Part shown: in pieces, positions 1-8,092 of the stretch
Position numbering within the stretch: position 1 is the stretch's first letter
Layout of the letters: each line of letters opens with the position of its first letter
DNA from: Candidatus Latescibacterota bacterium
Lineage (GTDB): Bacteria; Latescibacterota; UBA2968; GCA-2709665
Length of the DNA stretch: 64,000 nucleotides
Reading direction: 5' to 3'
Assembly (NCBI GenBank): GCA_965219455.1
Contig: OZ244744.1
Location: 2,944,001-3,008,000 of the forward strand
Notes under the pieces: generated by a model
Database searches by the model: none
Seen by the model: the letters and a program-made list of their open reading frames with translations, nothing else
What the model was told of the DNA's origin: nothing
Made by a program: the position numbers and the translations under genes

Positions 1-81
1 TCGTGTATGCGATTGGCTCTCAAATGGGAACGGCGACTGAAATATAATGACTCTACACGGCAAACAAAACACAACTATGAG

Positions 82-155
82 TCAGCGATCAGCTATCAGC
101 TGTCAGCGTTCAGCCAAAACCGGTTGGCGATAAGGCCCGGTGATGGCAATTTGCA
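82..155 (+). repeat. TCAGC-heptamer repeat plus AACCGGTTRGCGAT motif (dispersed family D)
   Basis: tcagcgatcagctatcagctgtcagcgttcagccaaaaccggttggcgataaggcc; similar copies near 3629, 26088-26625 (reverse) and 44808; heptamer-only runs near 24522 and 42668. Confidence 0.8.
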
Positions 156-172
156 ATTTCCGCGCCATTAGG

Positions 173-197
173 GGGCAACCACAAGGGTTGCCCCTAC
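173..197 (-). repeat. GTAG-type REP palindrome (family C)
   Basis: Reverse complement gtaggggcaacccttgtggttgccc is identical to 26037-26061 and 42815-42839. Confidence 0.85.
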
Positions 198-211
198 AAG
201 ACCAATGACGG

Positions 212-405
212 CGCACGGTGGTGGCGTTGGGGGTTTTTCCGCGCTAGTCCGTTCAGCAATGTGGTACGGGATCGCTCCAATGGGCCACAGGGCAACGACG
301 CTGGCAATCTCCTGTGAAGCGATTCGTGGAAAAACCGGCCCCGTGCCGAACGGCGCCGTTCTTTTTGGTCCTTTTTCTTGCGTACAAGAAAAAGGACGTA
401 AAAAA
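212..405 (+). repeat. Structured dispersed element family A, copy 1 (MITE or ncRNA candidate)
   Basis: Conserved blocks shared with 24054-24248(-), 18182-18291 and 26198-26357; stem ggtttttccgcg/cgtggaaaaacc and perfect 13-bp terminal hairpin 368-397. Confidence 0.8.
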
Positions 406-577
406 AGAAAAAACAAGATGATGCGAGAAAAATGCCCCACGGGCCCGGAGCATAAGCATTTTTCGCCGTTTGCATTGTTGCCCCGCCTCCGGCGGGTGCG
501 GCCGGATGACAATGCCTTTCAGAAAAAGAAAATGGTTGGCGCATCAAGCGAATTCCGTATATTTGTCACCCGGATGT

Positions 578-988
578 ATGACCCGGAGTCAACCCGAATT
601 AAAGACGGTCCCTGGTTTGCCCAGAATTTTGCTCGCGGAAGATGGTCCGACAGCCATGACCCTCGCCGTTGGTCTGTTCGATCATCGAAACGTCGAACTG
701 GACGTGGTCACCGACGGTCGCAGCGCCCTGGAAACCCTCGCCGAAAATCCCAGGGCGTACGCCCTTGTCATTCTCGCATACGATCTACCGGAAATCAGCG
801 GGCTTGATTGCATTCGTTTCATTCGGAAAATGCTCGCCCGTCTTCCAATGCTGGTTCTCATAGAAACCCCAGGTCCGGATCGCCTGGAGGAACTTGCCGG
901 TCTCGGTATCTCACACGGGCACATCCTGGAAAAGCCCGCAACGCCCGAGTCCCTCGCCGCCCGCGTGGGGAAGATGCTGAATATCTGA
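578..988 (+). CDS. Single-domain response regulator receiver protein (atypical)
   Basis: RILLAED...LVILAYDLPEISGLD...ILEKP receiver fold motifs; ATG at 578 in frame with ORF 470..988. Confidence 0.8.
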   Translation: MTRSQPELKTVPGLPRILLAEDGPTAMTLAVGLFDHRNVELDVVTDGRSALETLAENPRAYALVILAYDLPEISGLDCIRFIRKMLARLPMLVLIETPGPDRLEELAGLGISHGHILEKPATPESLAARVGKMLNI

Positions 989-1080
989 GAAGCTTTTTTT
1001 GAAACAAAATACACTCTTGAGAATCATATATTTACGAACGAGCGGTCAGTTCTTGTCAGCGCAATTTCAAAGGAGTTTTC

Positions 1081-1473
1081 ATGTCGCGGCACTTTGATAC
1101 CGTAAAGGCTTATCTTCAGGACCTCGAGCTGGTCATTGAAGAAGAAGATTCCGGCGAGGAACTGGTGGTCGTCACCGACGAAGACCGGGGGATCCACCGG
1201 CTTATTGTCGATTGTGAAGATCCCATTCTCATCCTGGAACAGGCCATCATGCCTATCCCGAAAATCCCCGGCGACCTCTACAAGCGTCTGCTGGAATTAA
1301 ACCGGACACTCATCCACGGCGCCTTCGCCCTCGACGAGGAAACCGGAACCGTTCTGTTCCGTGATACACTTCGCCTCGATACGCTGGACCGGGCGGAAAT
1401 CGAAGGCACGATCAGCGCGCTGGGCCTGGCCCTGGGCGAGAACGCCGAAGAACTCTTGAGTTACAGCAAATAA
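1081..1473 (+). CDS. YbjN/CesT-type chaperone-fold protein
   Basis: Acidic 130 aa, LYKRLLELNRTLIHGAFALDE pattern; AAGGAG RBS; directly upstream of pspA. Confidence 0.75.
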   Translation: MSRHFDTVKAYLQDLELVIEEEDSGEELVVVTDEDRGIHRLIVDCEDPILILEQAIMPIPKIPGDLYKRLLELNRTLIHGAFALDEETGTVLFRDTLRLDTLDRAEIEGTISALGLALGENAEELLSYSK

Positions 1474-1564
1474 TAGTGAGAGCGGGGATCGAACTCACGG
1501 AGATGCAATCCATTACGTTTTCCGATCCCCGGCCTCTGAATTTCATTTCAGACAGGAGCACGAC

Positions 1565-2266
1565 ATGGGCGTCTTTCAGCGCATCTTTCGCGTGGGCAAG
1601 GCCGAAGTACACTCAGCCATCGACAAACTCGAAGATCCGATTCGCCTGACGGAACAGGGCATCCGGGATCTCAAGAACGATCTCAGTAACGCGATGACCA
1701 GTCTTGCCGAAGTCAAGGGGCAGGGCATCCGTCTGCGTAAACAGGCATCGGACGGCAAGAAAGCCGCGGCGGACTATGAACGCAAAGCCATGGCGCTGCT
1801 CCAGAAAGCCCAGAACAGCGATATCGACTCCGCGGAAGCCGACCGCCTGGCCGCCGAAGCGCTCGCTCGTAAAGAGGAAAACGTGAACCGGGCGGCCACG
1901 CTGAGCCAGAACGCCAAACAGCAGGAGGAAATGGCCGCTCAGCTACAGACCCAGGTGGACAAACTCAAGTCCTCCATCGCCGGGTACGAAAACGAGCTGG
2001 TTACACTGCGCGCCCGTGCCCGGACGGCGGCGGCAACAAAGAAAATCAACAAGCAACTCGCGAAAGTGGACTCTAACGGCACGCTTGCCATGCTCGAACG
2101 CATGAAGGAGCGGGTGGAAGAAGACGAGTCCCTTTCGCAGGCCTACGGCGAGGTGGCCGACGCTTCCAAGAGCGTGGACGAAGAGATTGACGCCGCGTTA
2201 CAGGAAAAGAACCCCGGCTCCGACAAACTGGCCGAACTTAAAAGTAAAATGGGAATTCAAGCGTAA
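1565..2266 (+). CDS. pspA: PspA/IM30 family protein
   Basis: MGVFQRIFRVGKAEVHSAIDKLEDP start, long coiled coil, C-terminal LAELKSKMG. Confidence 0.9.
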   Translation: MGVFQRIFRVGKAEVHSAIDKLEDPIRLTEQGIRDLKNDLSNAMTSLAEVKGQGIRLRKQASDGKKAAADYERKAMALLQKAQNSDIDSAEADRLAAEALARKEENVNRAATLSQNAKQQEEMAAQLQTQVDKLKSSIAGYENELVTLRARARTAAATKKINKQLAKVDSNGTLAMLERMKERVEEDESLSQAYGEVADASKSVDEEIDAALQEKNPGSDKLAELKSKMGIQA

Positions 2267-2323
2267 ATCCGGCACGTCGTCGTCGCCGGGAATTCAGGTA
2301 CCTGGTGCGGGGGTGGTGATCCC

Positions 2324-2857
2324 ATGAACTGGAATCCCTTCAAGAAAAAAAGGGACGAATCCGACCCTGTGGTCGACTTCACACTGTCCGACCTCAAGCC
2401 CGGCTACGTGGTCGATTATGACCTCAAGACCTGGAAGGTCACCGCACAGAATTATTACGATTACGACGGAGACCGCGTGGACGAATGGGAATTGACCTGC
2501 GCCGATGATGTCGTGTACCTGGAACGGGAGGAGGACGACGGCCTTTGCTGGACCCTTTCACGCAAGGTGCCTGTCTCCCGGCTTGACGGCGACCCGCAGT
2601 CCCACGTCGTCGAACACGAAGACCCGCCTGAAGAGGTAACCTGCAACGGTACCACCTATTTCGCGGAATCCTCCGACGCCGGTGAGTTTTACAAAGACGG
2701 CGCAGAGACCCCGCGGGAATTGATCGTATGGGAGTACCTGGACGATTCCGAACGAAAGACCCTGTCCATCGAACAGTGGGGCGAGGACGACTTTGAAGCC
2801 TCGATCGGCGAAATCGTAGAGGAATACCAATTCAGCGATATCCTGCCAATCGAATAG
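2324..2857 (+). CDS. DUF4178 domain protein
   Basis: Acidic beta-rich protein with EW, YLEREEDD and LSIEQW motifs; typical pspA neighbour. Confidence 0.7.
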   Translation: MNWNPFKKKRDESDPVVDFTLSDLKPGYVVDYDLKTWKVTAQNYYDYDGDRVDEWELTCADDVVYLEREEDDGLCWTLSRKVPVSRLDGDPQSHVVEHEDPPEEVTCNGTTYFAESSDAGEFYKDGAETPRELIVWEYLDDSERKTLSIEQWGEDDFEASIGEIVEEYQFSDILPIE

Positions 2858-2929
2858 ACGTTTTTGGATAAGCAAAACAGGGCAGACGACATCCCGTCGT
2901 CTGCCCTGTTTTGCCGTCACACGTTCCGG

Positions 2930-3601
2930 TCAAACCAGGAACCGCAATCTGCTCTCCCGGCCGGCGCGTATTTTTGCGCAGTGATCGTCGAGGTTCAGCA
3001 TCTCGACCAGACTCACGCCTCTCTCCATTTCCGCAATCATGTGCGCCTCTTTCCTCTGCACCTCTTCCGCAATGGGTATTACCTCGGCTATCTCCTCGTC
3101 AGCCGCCACGATCAGTCCGTCGTCGTCTCCGAATACGATTTCGCCCGGATGGACGCGAACGCCGCCGCATAAAACGGGGATCTGCGTCTCAAAGACTCGA
3201 TCCGTTGTGCCGGAAACCGGGCTGACCGACCGTGCGAAATAGGGAAATCCCAACTGACGAATTACGGCCGTATCCCTGCACGGTCCGTCGTTGACAATCC
3301 CCGCCAGCCCCTTGCGCCTCGCCTCGGTTGGAAACAATCCCCCGGTCAGCGCCTTCCGGCTCCCCTGGGAATCGATCACCAGGACCTCCCCGGGCAAGGC
3401 ATCGCGCAGGGCCAGGATCACGGTCAGAAAGTCCTCGCGGCAGGTCACCGTATGCGCGCGTCCGATCAGCCGGAGGCCGGGTGTGATGGACCGGACAGCG
3501 GGGTCGACGGCCCTGACGGGTCGACCGAGCGCCTTGTATCCATCGCAGACACACGCGGCGTCCAGGCGGGAGAGGCGTTGCCTGATTTCGTCGAAATTCA
3601 T
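2930..3601 (-). CDS. RraA/HMG aldolase family protein
   Basis: GRAHTV, GEVLVID, DGPCRD, VHPGEIVFGDDDG motifs. Confidence 0.85.
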   Translation of the reverse strand: MNFDEIRQRLSRLDAACVCDGYKALGRPVRAVDPAVRSITPGLRLIGRAHTVTCREDFLTVILALRDALPGEVLVIDSQGSRKALTGGLFPTEARRKGLAGIVNDGPCRDTAVIRQLGFPYFARSVSPVSGTTDRVFETQIPVLCGGVRVHPGEIVFGDDDGLIVAADEEIAEVIPIAEEVQRKEAHMIAEMERGVSLVEMLNLDDHCAKIRAGRESRLRFLV

Positions 3602-3628
3602 CCTGTGTCCCCTTCCTGGTCTTACAAA

Positions 3629-3683
3629 CAGCTATCAGCGGTCAGCCAAAACCGGTTAGCGATATGGCCTGGCGAAAACAATT
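3629..3683 (+). repeat. Family D repeat copy
   Basis: cagctatcagcggtcagccaaaaccggttagcgatatggcc. Confidence 0.75.
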
Positions 3684-3722
3684 AACAGATGACCTCGTCT
3701 TCCCTCTCACCGAAATTCGCGT

Positions 3723-5327
3723 TTACCAACCCCACTCTCCCTCCCGGTAATACCGATCCACAACCGGCGCCAATTCCGTATTCACGTCCACGTCCGCAAC
3801 GCCATCGAACATCCCCTTCCAGAAATGCAACATGCCCGCCATTGCCTCGCGGTTCAGGAAGACCGTTTCGACGTCCGAAAAACGCAGCGCCAGCGCCCGG
3901 CGTTTCAGATCCGGTTCCGAAATTACCTCTGCCTTCATGCTCAGATGCCATCCCCAATCTCCCATGGTCGGAATCGCGTTGTGATAGGGCACGACGTGGA
4001 ACCCTGCCGCCTTCAGGGTCCGGTACACGCACAGAAAAGCCCGTCTGGCGTGGAGGGGGCTCGAACTCTGCGTCACGAAAATTCCGTACCGGGAGAGATG
4101 CCGCTTGCAGGCCGTATAGAACTCCTTTGAATATAACCGGGCGAGGTCCGGCCCCTTGGGGTCCGGCAAATCAACCAGAATGACATCGTAAATTTCCTCG
4201 GCATCTGCCAGAAACCGTCCCGCGTCCCGGTTCACGACTTCGACGCGTTCATCGTCCAATGCCCCTGCATTGGCATCCATGAACACAGGATGGGTTCGCG
4301 CCAGCCGGATCACTTCAGGGTCCAGGTCCACCAGCGTCACCCGTTTTACGTCGCCGTATTTCAATACTTCCCGGAGTGCCAGTCCATCGCCCCCACCCAG
4401 AATCAGCACCCGCTCCCTGGATGCCGCCAATCCCATTGCCGGATGCACGAGTGGTTCGTGGTATCGTTCTTCGTCGTACGTGCTGAATTGCATACCGCCG
4501 TTCAGGTACAGCCAGTGATACCCCTTCCACTCCGTCATCACAATCCGCTGATAGGGGGTTTGCGTCTCAAATATCACGCGGTCTCGATGTCGGCTCTGCT
4601 CGCCGAACCGCACAATCGGCTTCATGTATGCGCCCAGGGTGACCAGTCCGGCCGCGGTGACCCAGAACGCGGCGATCAGCGCCCGGCGCCGCGCCAGCAG
4701 GCCTCGATAACGCCACAACAGCGCTGACGCAACGGCGAAATTCACCGTTCCCAGCGCAATGGGCGTATAGGTCAGTCCCAGCTTCGGCAACGCGAAAAAC
4801 GCAAATAGCAACCCACCCGCCAGCGCGCCGTAATAGTCCTTCTCCATGACGGACGCGATATTGGTTCGCAGCACCTCATAGGCGTTGTTCATGCGCGTTA
4901 CCAGTGGAATCTCAAGTCCAATCAGAAATCCTATGGCTCCCGCGTAACCATAAATAATGGCGCTCGTCTCCCCGACGAACGCCGTACCCCAATAGGCCGC
5001 TGCGGCGGGCGTTGCACACAGCGCCGAAAGAATGAACTCTATTGCAATAAACCGGTCCAGCAACCGCTCCGACAGATGCCGGCTCAGCCGGCTTCCGAGC
5101 CCCATCGTAAAAAACATCAACGACATCACCAGCGTCCACTGCAACGTCGTGTTTCCGAGCAGGTAACTGGCCAGCGTGGACAACACAAATTCCGCGACGA
5201 TACCCGCCAGCCCGGTCGCGAACAGGCACGCCTTCAACAGCCGGCCTCTTCCCGAACCGCCCGACGTTACCGCATGGGTCGCTTCGATGGCTCCACGGTC
5301 TTCGGGGACGCTGTTTTTTGCCGCCAT
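3723..5327 (-). CDS. speE: Polyamine aminopropyltransferase (spermidine synthase-like) with N-terminal membrane domain
   Basis: About 7 hydrophobic helices, then YHEPLVHP, LILGGGDG, VDLD and DLPDP motifs. Confidence 0.88.
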   Translation of the reverse strand: MAAKNSVPEDRGAIEATHAVTSGGSGRGRLLKACLFATGLAGIVAEFVLSTLASYLLGNTTLQWTLVMSLMFFTMGLGSRLSRHLSERLLDRFIAIEFILSALCATPAAAAYWGTAFVGETSAIIYGYAGAIGFLIGLEIPLVTRMNNAYEVLRTNIASVMEKDYYGALAGGLLFAFFALPKLGLTYTPIALGTVNFAVASALLWRYRGLLARRRALIAAFWVTAAGLVTLGAYMKPIVRFGEQSRHRDRVIFETQTPYQRIVMTEWKGYHWLYLNGGMQFSTYDEERYHEPLVHPAMGLAASRERVLILGGGDGLALREVLKYGDVKRVTLVDLDPEVIRLARTHPVFMDANAGALDDERVEVVNRDAGRFLADAEEIYDVILVDLPDPKGPDLARLYSKEFYTACKRHLSRYGIFVTQSSSPLHARRAFLCVYRTLKAAGFHVVPYHNAIPTMGDWGWHLSMKAEVISEPDLKRRALALRFSDVETVFLNREAMAGMLHFWKGMFDGVADVDVNTELAPVVDRYYREGEWGW

Positions 5328-5348
5328 ACCCTCTTCTTCTGTCCCTCG

Positions 5349-6158
5349 CTATACCGCCTTACACGTCAACCCGCCGTCCACGACGAGTTCGGCGCCGGTG
5401 ACGTATTTCGCCTCGTCCGAAGCCAGATACAAGGCGGCGTAAGCCACGTCCCAGGCATCGCCCATCCGGCCCATGGGACACTGACTGTCGCGGATTTCAA
5501 TCATCTTCTCCGCGTCGCCCTTCGCGTAGAATTCGGCCAGCGATTTCGCCACCATGGGCGTATTCATGAATCCGGGCAATATGGAGTTGGCGCGGATATT
5601 CTTCCTTGCATACTGCATGGCAATACTCTGGGTGAGTTGATTCACTCCACCCTTGGTTGCGCTGTAGGAAACATAGGGCACGCCCAGCCAGCGGATCGAG
5701 GTGATTGAAGAAATATTCACAATCGCCCCTCCGCCCTGGCGTTCCATCTGGGGAAGCACGTGCTTACAGGTCAGAAACATACTCTTGAGATTCACGTCAA
5801 CCACGCGATCCCAGGTTTCCTCGCTGAGTTCAACGCAACCGCCCACCTGCAGGATGCCGACGTTGTTGTGCAGAATGTCAATTCGGTCGTACGTGTGAAG
5901 GCACCGCGCGACCATTGCTTCCACGTCTTCCGACCGCGACACATCCGCCGTGTGGGCCACACATTCCCCTCCCTCACGCGCGGTCATGTCACGGGTCTCC
6001 TCCGCCGCCTCGGAATTGATGTCGACGGCGAATACACGGGCGCCTTCTCGCGCAAAGAGAACGGACGTCGCCTTGCCGTTACCCCATCCGGGCCCGACCG
6101 AACCGGCCCCCGTTACGATCGCGACCTTGTCCTTCAGCCGATTTCCCATTGTACCCAT
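5349..6158 (-). CDS. SDR family oxidoreductase
   Basis: TGAG...GNG, NNVG, YSATK, VDGG. Confidence 0.92.
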   Translation of the reverse strand: MGTMGNRLKDKVAIVTGAGSVGPGWGNGKATSVLFAREGARVFAVDINSEAAEETRDMTAREGGECVAHTADVSRSEDVEAMVARCLHTYDRIDILHNNVGILQVGGCVELSEETWDRVVDVNLKSMFLTCKHVLPQMERQGGGAIVNISSITSIRWLGVPYVSYSATKGGVNQLTQSIAMQYARKNIRANSILPGFMNTPMVAKSLAEFYAKGDAEKMIEIRDSQCPMGRMGDAWDVAYAALYLASDEAKYVTGAELVVDGGLTCKAV

Positions 6159-6161
6159 TTT

Positions 6162-7007
6162 CTACAAGGCCCACACGATCAGCAGCGACGCACCCACGTA
6201 TGAAAACGCTTCAATACATCCGGCGCCCAGGTGCGGTTTCTCGGGATCCGAAATTTCCGCCGACAGATTCAAACCCGGCAACAGGATCTTGTCCGTGGCA
6301 AGACGCACTACGAGAAGCAGGACGATCCCGATGACCACCTCAAGCGCGAAGTCCTGCAGGCTCGTCGTCCAGGAAATAAAGTCTCCGGCAACCGCGTGCC
6401 GCACCACAATGCCGACACCCACCAGCGCGCCCGCAAAAGCCACGCCCGCCGCCACGTTGTCCCGTTCGATTTCCGTATGCAGATCGTAAGGCGTCACCCA
6501 GTTGTAGGCGATGCCCGCCAGCACCAGCGCCGCCTGTCCCAACACCCAGAACACGACCGTTGTGCCCACGCCGCCCAGTTCGCCCGACACGGCTCCGAAA
6601 ATCACCAGACCGGTGGCGATGTAGGAGGCGCATACAACGGCTCCAGTGCCGGCATTCTGATCCCGGATGATTTCATCCCGAATCGAGAACTGGTGCAGGA
6701 TCAGCCGGTCGTTGATGATCCGTGACAGATTCATCAGCACAATCGACAAGGGGCCGTAAATGAGCACGTCGATCAGGTCAAGCTCCAGCCCATGCGACGG
6801 CCCGGAAATCACCCCTCCTATGGCCATCACCAGTCCGAAAAAGTACCCCACCATTGCCACGGACAGGGCGGTGTTGTCCTTCTCCACAAGCTCTTCCTTC
6901 ACGCGGTAGCTCGGCGTGGTCCAGTCGTATACCAGCTTGCCAATCCAGAACAAGACATACGCGCAGACCAGATAAATCCCCGATTCCAGCAAACTGTCCC
7001 ACATCAT
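6162..7007 (-). CDS. DUF350 (YjfL-like) membrane protein, two repeats
   Basis: EELVEKDNTAL and EIERDNVAAG repeats between TM helices; start overlaps the upstream stop. Confidence 0.8.
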   Translation of the reverse strand: MMWDSLLESGIYLVCAYVLFWIGKLVYDWTTPSYRVKEELVEKDNTALSVAMVGYFFGLVMAIGGVISGPSHGLELDLIDVLIYGPLSIVLMNLSRIINDRLILHQFSIRDEIIRDQNAGTGAVVCASYIATGLVIFGAVSGELGGVGTTVVFWVLGQAALVLAGIAYNWVTPYDLHTEIERDNVAAGVAFAGALVGVGIVVRHAVAGDFISWTTSLQDFALEVVIGIVLLLVVRLATDKILLPGLNLSAEISDPEKPHLGAGCIEAFSYVGASLLIVWAL

Positions 7008-7690
7008 TTTCCAAACCTCCCTCTGCTGCGGCTGCCAAAGCCCGACCTGTTGCGACCGGACCGGTCCCGGACTCTCTGGGAGAAGGACCGCTGCCTGTTT
7101 GCCATCGCCTGTTTCCGGCGCTGGTAGAACGCCGGCCTTTGCTTCTTGGTGACTGACCCTTCGGTACCGTACTCGCGGTTGCGCCCATAATACGGACGCC
7201 GCCGATCGCGGTTGTTGCGATAGTCGGCGTAGTCGTTCCGGTATATTTGCTGCCCGTAGCCCCCACCCATTAAACTCCGCATCATCGCGTATTGACCGTA
7301 GAACGCCCAGAAACTCCCTCCGCTTCCGTGACTCCACTGCCCGTAATGCGGGTTTCCGACATAGTGGTATCCGGGCGGATGGGGCGTATTGTTCACCCCT
7401 TTGTCGGATTTGGCCACAATGGCCATACCAAGAAACGCCTGGTGCCGGCGATAAACCTTGTAGGGTACCTCGATCCAATCCGTCGTGCGCCGCCGCTCTC
7501 CCTGCACCACCGTATACTTATGGTAATAGTCCGTGGAGAATGTACCCGCTTCTCTCATATCTTCCAGAATGATCATATACTCGGGCGCGTTTGCCAGGCT
7601 TTTCTGCATTTCCTTAACGGGATCCCGCGCGCTGCACCCCCCAATCCAGAGTACAGTGAATACGATTACCGGCCATCGAAACTGTTTCAT
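7004..7690 (-). CDS. Lipoprotein with Gly/Tyr/Arg-rich tail
   Basis: MKQFRW + hydrophobic stretch + IGGC lipobox; YVGNPHYGQW...SFWAFYGQYAMM; GAGGAG RBS. Confidence 0.75.
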   Translation of the reverse strand: MKQFRWPVIVFTVLWIGGCSARDPVKEMQKSLANAPEYMIILEDMREAGTFSTDYYHKYTVVQGERRRTTDWIEVPYKVYRRHQAFLGMAIVAKSDKGVNNTPHPPGYHYVGNPHYGQWSHGSGGSFWAFYGQYAMMRSLMGGGYGQQIYRNDYADYRNNRDRRRPYYGRNREYGTEGSVTKKQRPAFYQRRKQAMANRQRSFSQRVRDRSGRNRSGFGSRSRGRFGK

Positions 7691-8092
7691 AAGCATCTCC
7701 TCAAACGCAAGTCTGGGGAAACGTGTCTTGCACCAAGACACGGATATTCAAAGATATCAGAAGTCCGTTGATGGGGTCGGGACACCACCGGCGTGATGAG
7801 CGCATATCGCGTTTTCGTCTCTCTTGCAAAGATACCCCTGTGCCGTCGGCATGTCAAGGCGCTTGCCCGCAGCACACGGGGGATGCTATATTGTGCCCAG
7901 CACATCGTCAGTACGGGACGATTTCACCTTCTTTCGGCCGCGCATCATTGCGTTTTACAGTTTTGGTTGCGGCTGAGCAGAGCGAATCCGCGCCAGGCGC
8001 GGATGCATCTGTTGATCGTCGCCGGGGCCGATGCGTACTGCCTGAGCAGGTCCCGAACCCTTTTACGTCGATCTTACATTGGAAACCAGCGC

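Noticed and set aside
212-405. CRISPR array, or hammerhead ribozyme, for family A
   Set aside because: Copies are dispersed rather than tandem; a CUGAnGA-like core appears in only one copy and stem II does not form
168-547. Short ORFs over repeats (also 13314-13611, 24049-24495, 25920-26469, 42681-42963)
   Set aside because: They are translations of the non-coding repeat families
7793-8092. N-terminal 100 aa of the 1240-aa ORF
   Set aside because: Composition looks non-coding; the segment is the divergent intergenic region and the domain signal begins after ATG 8093
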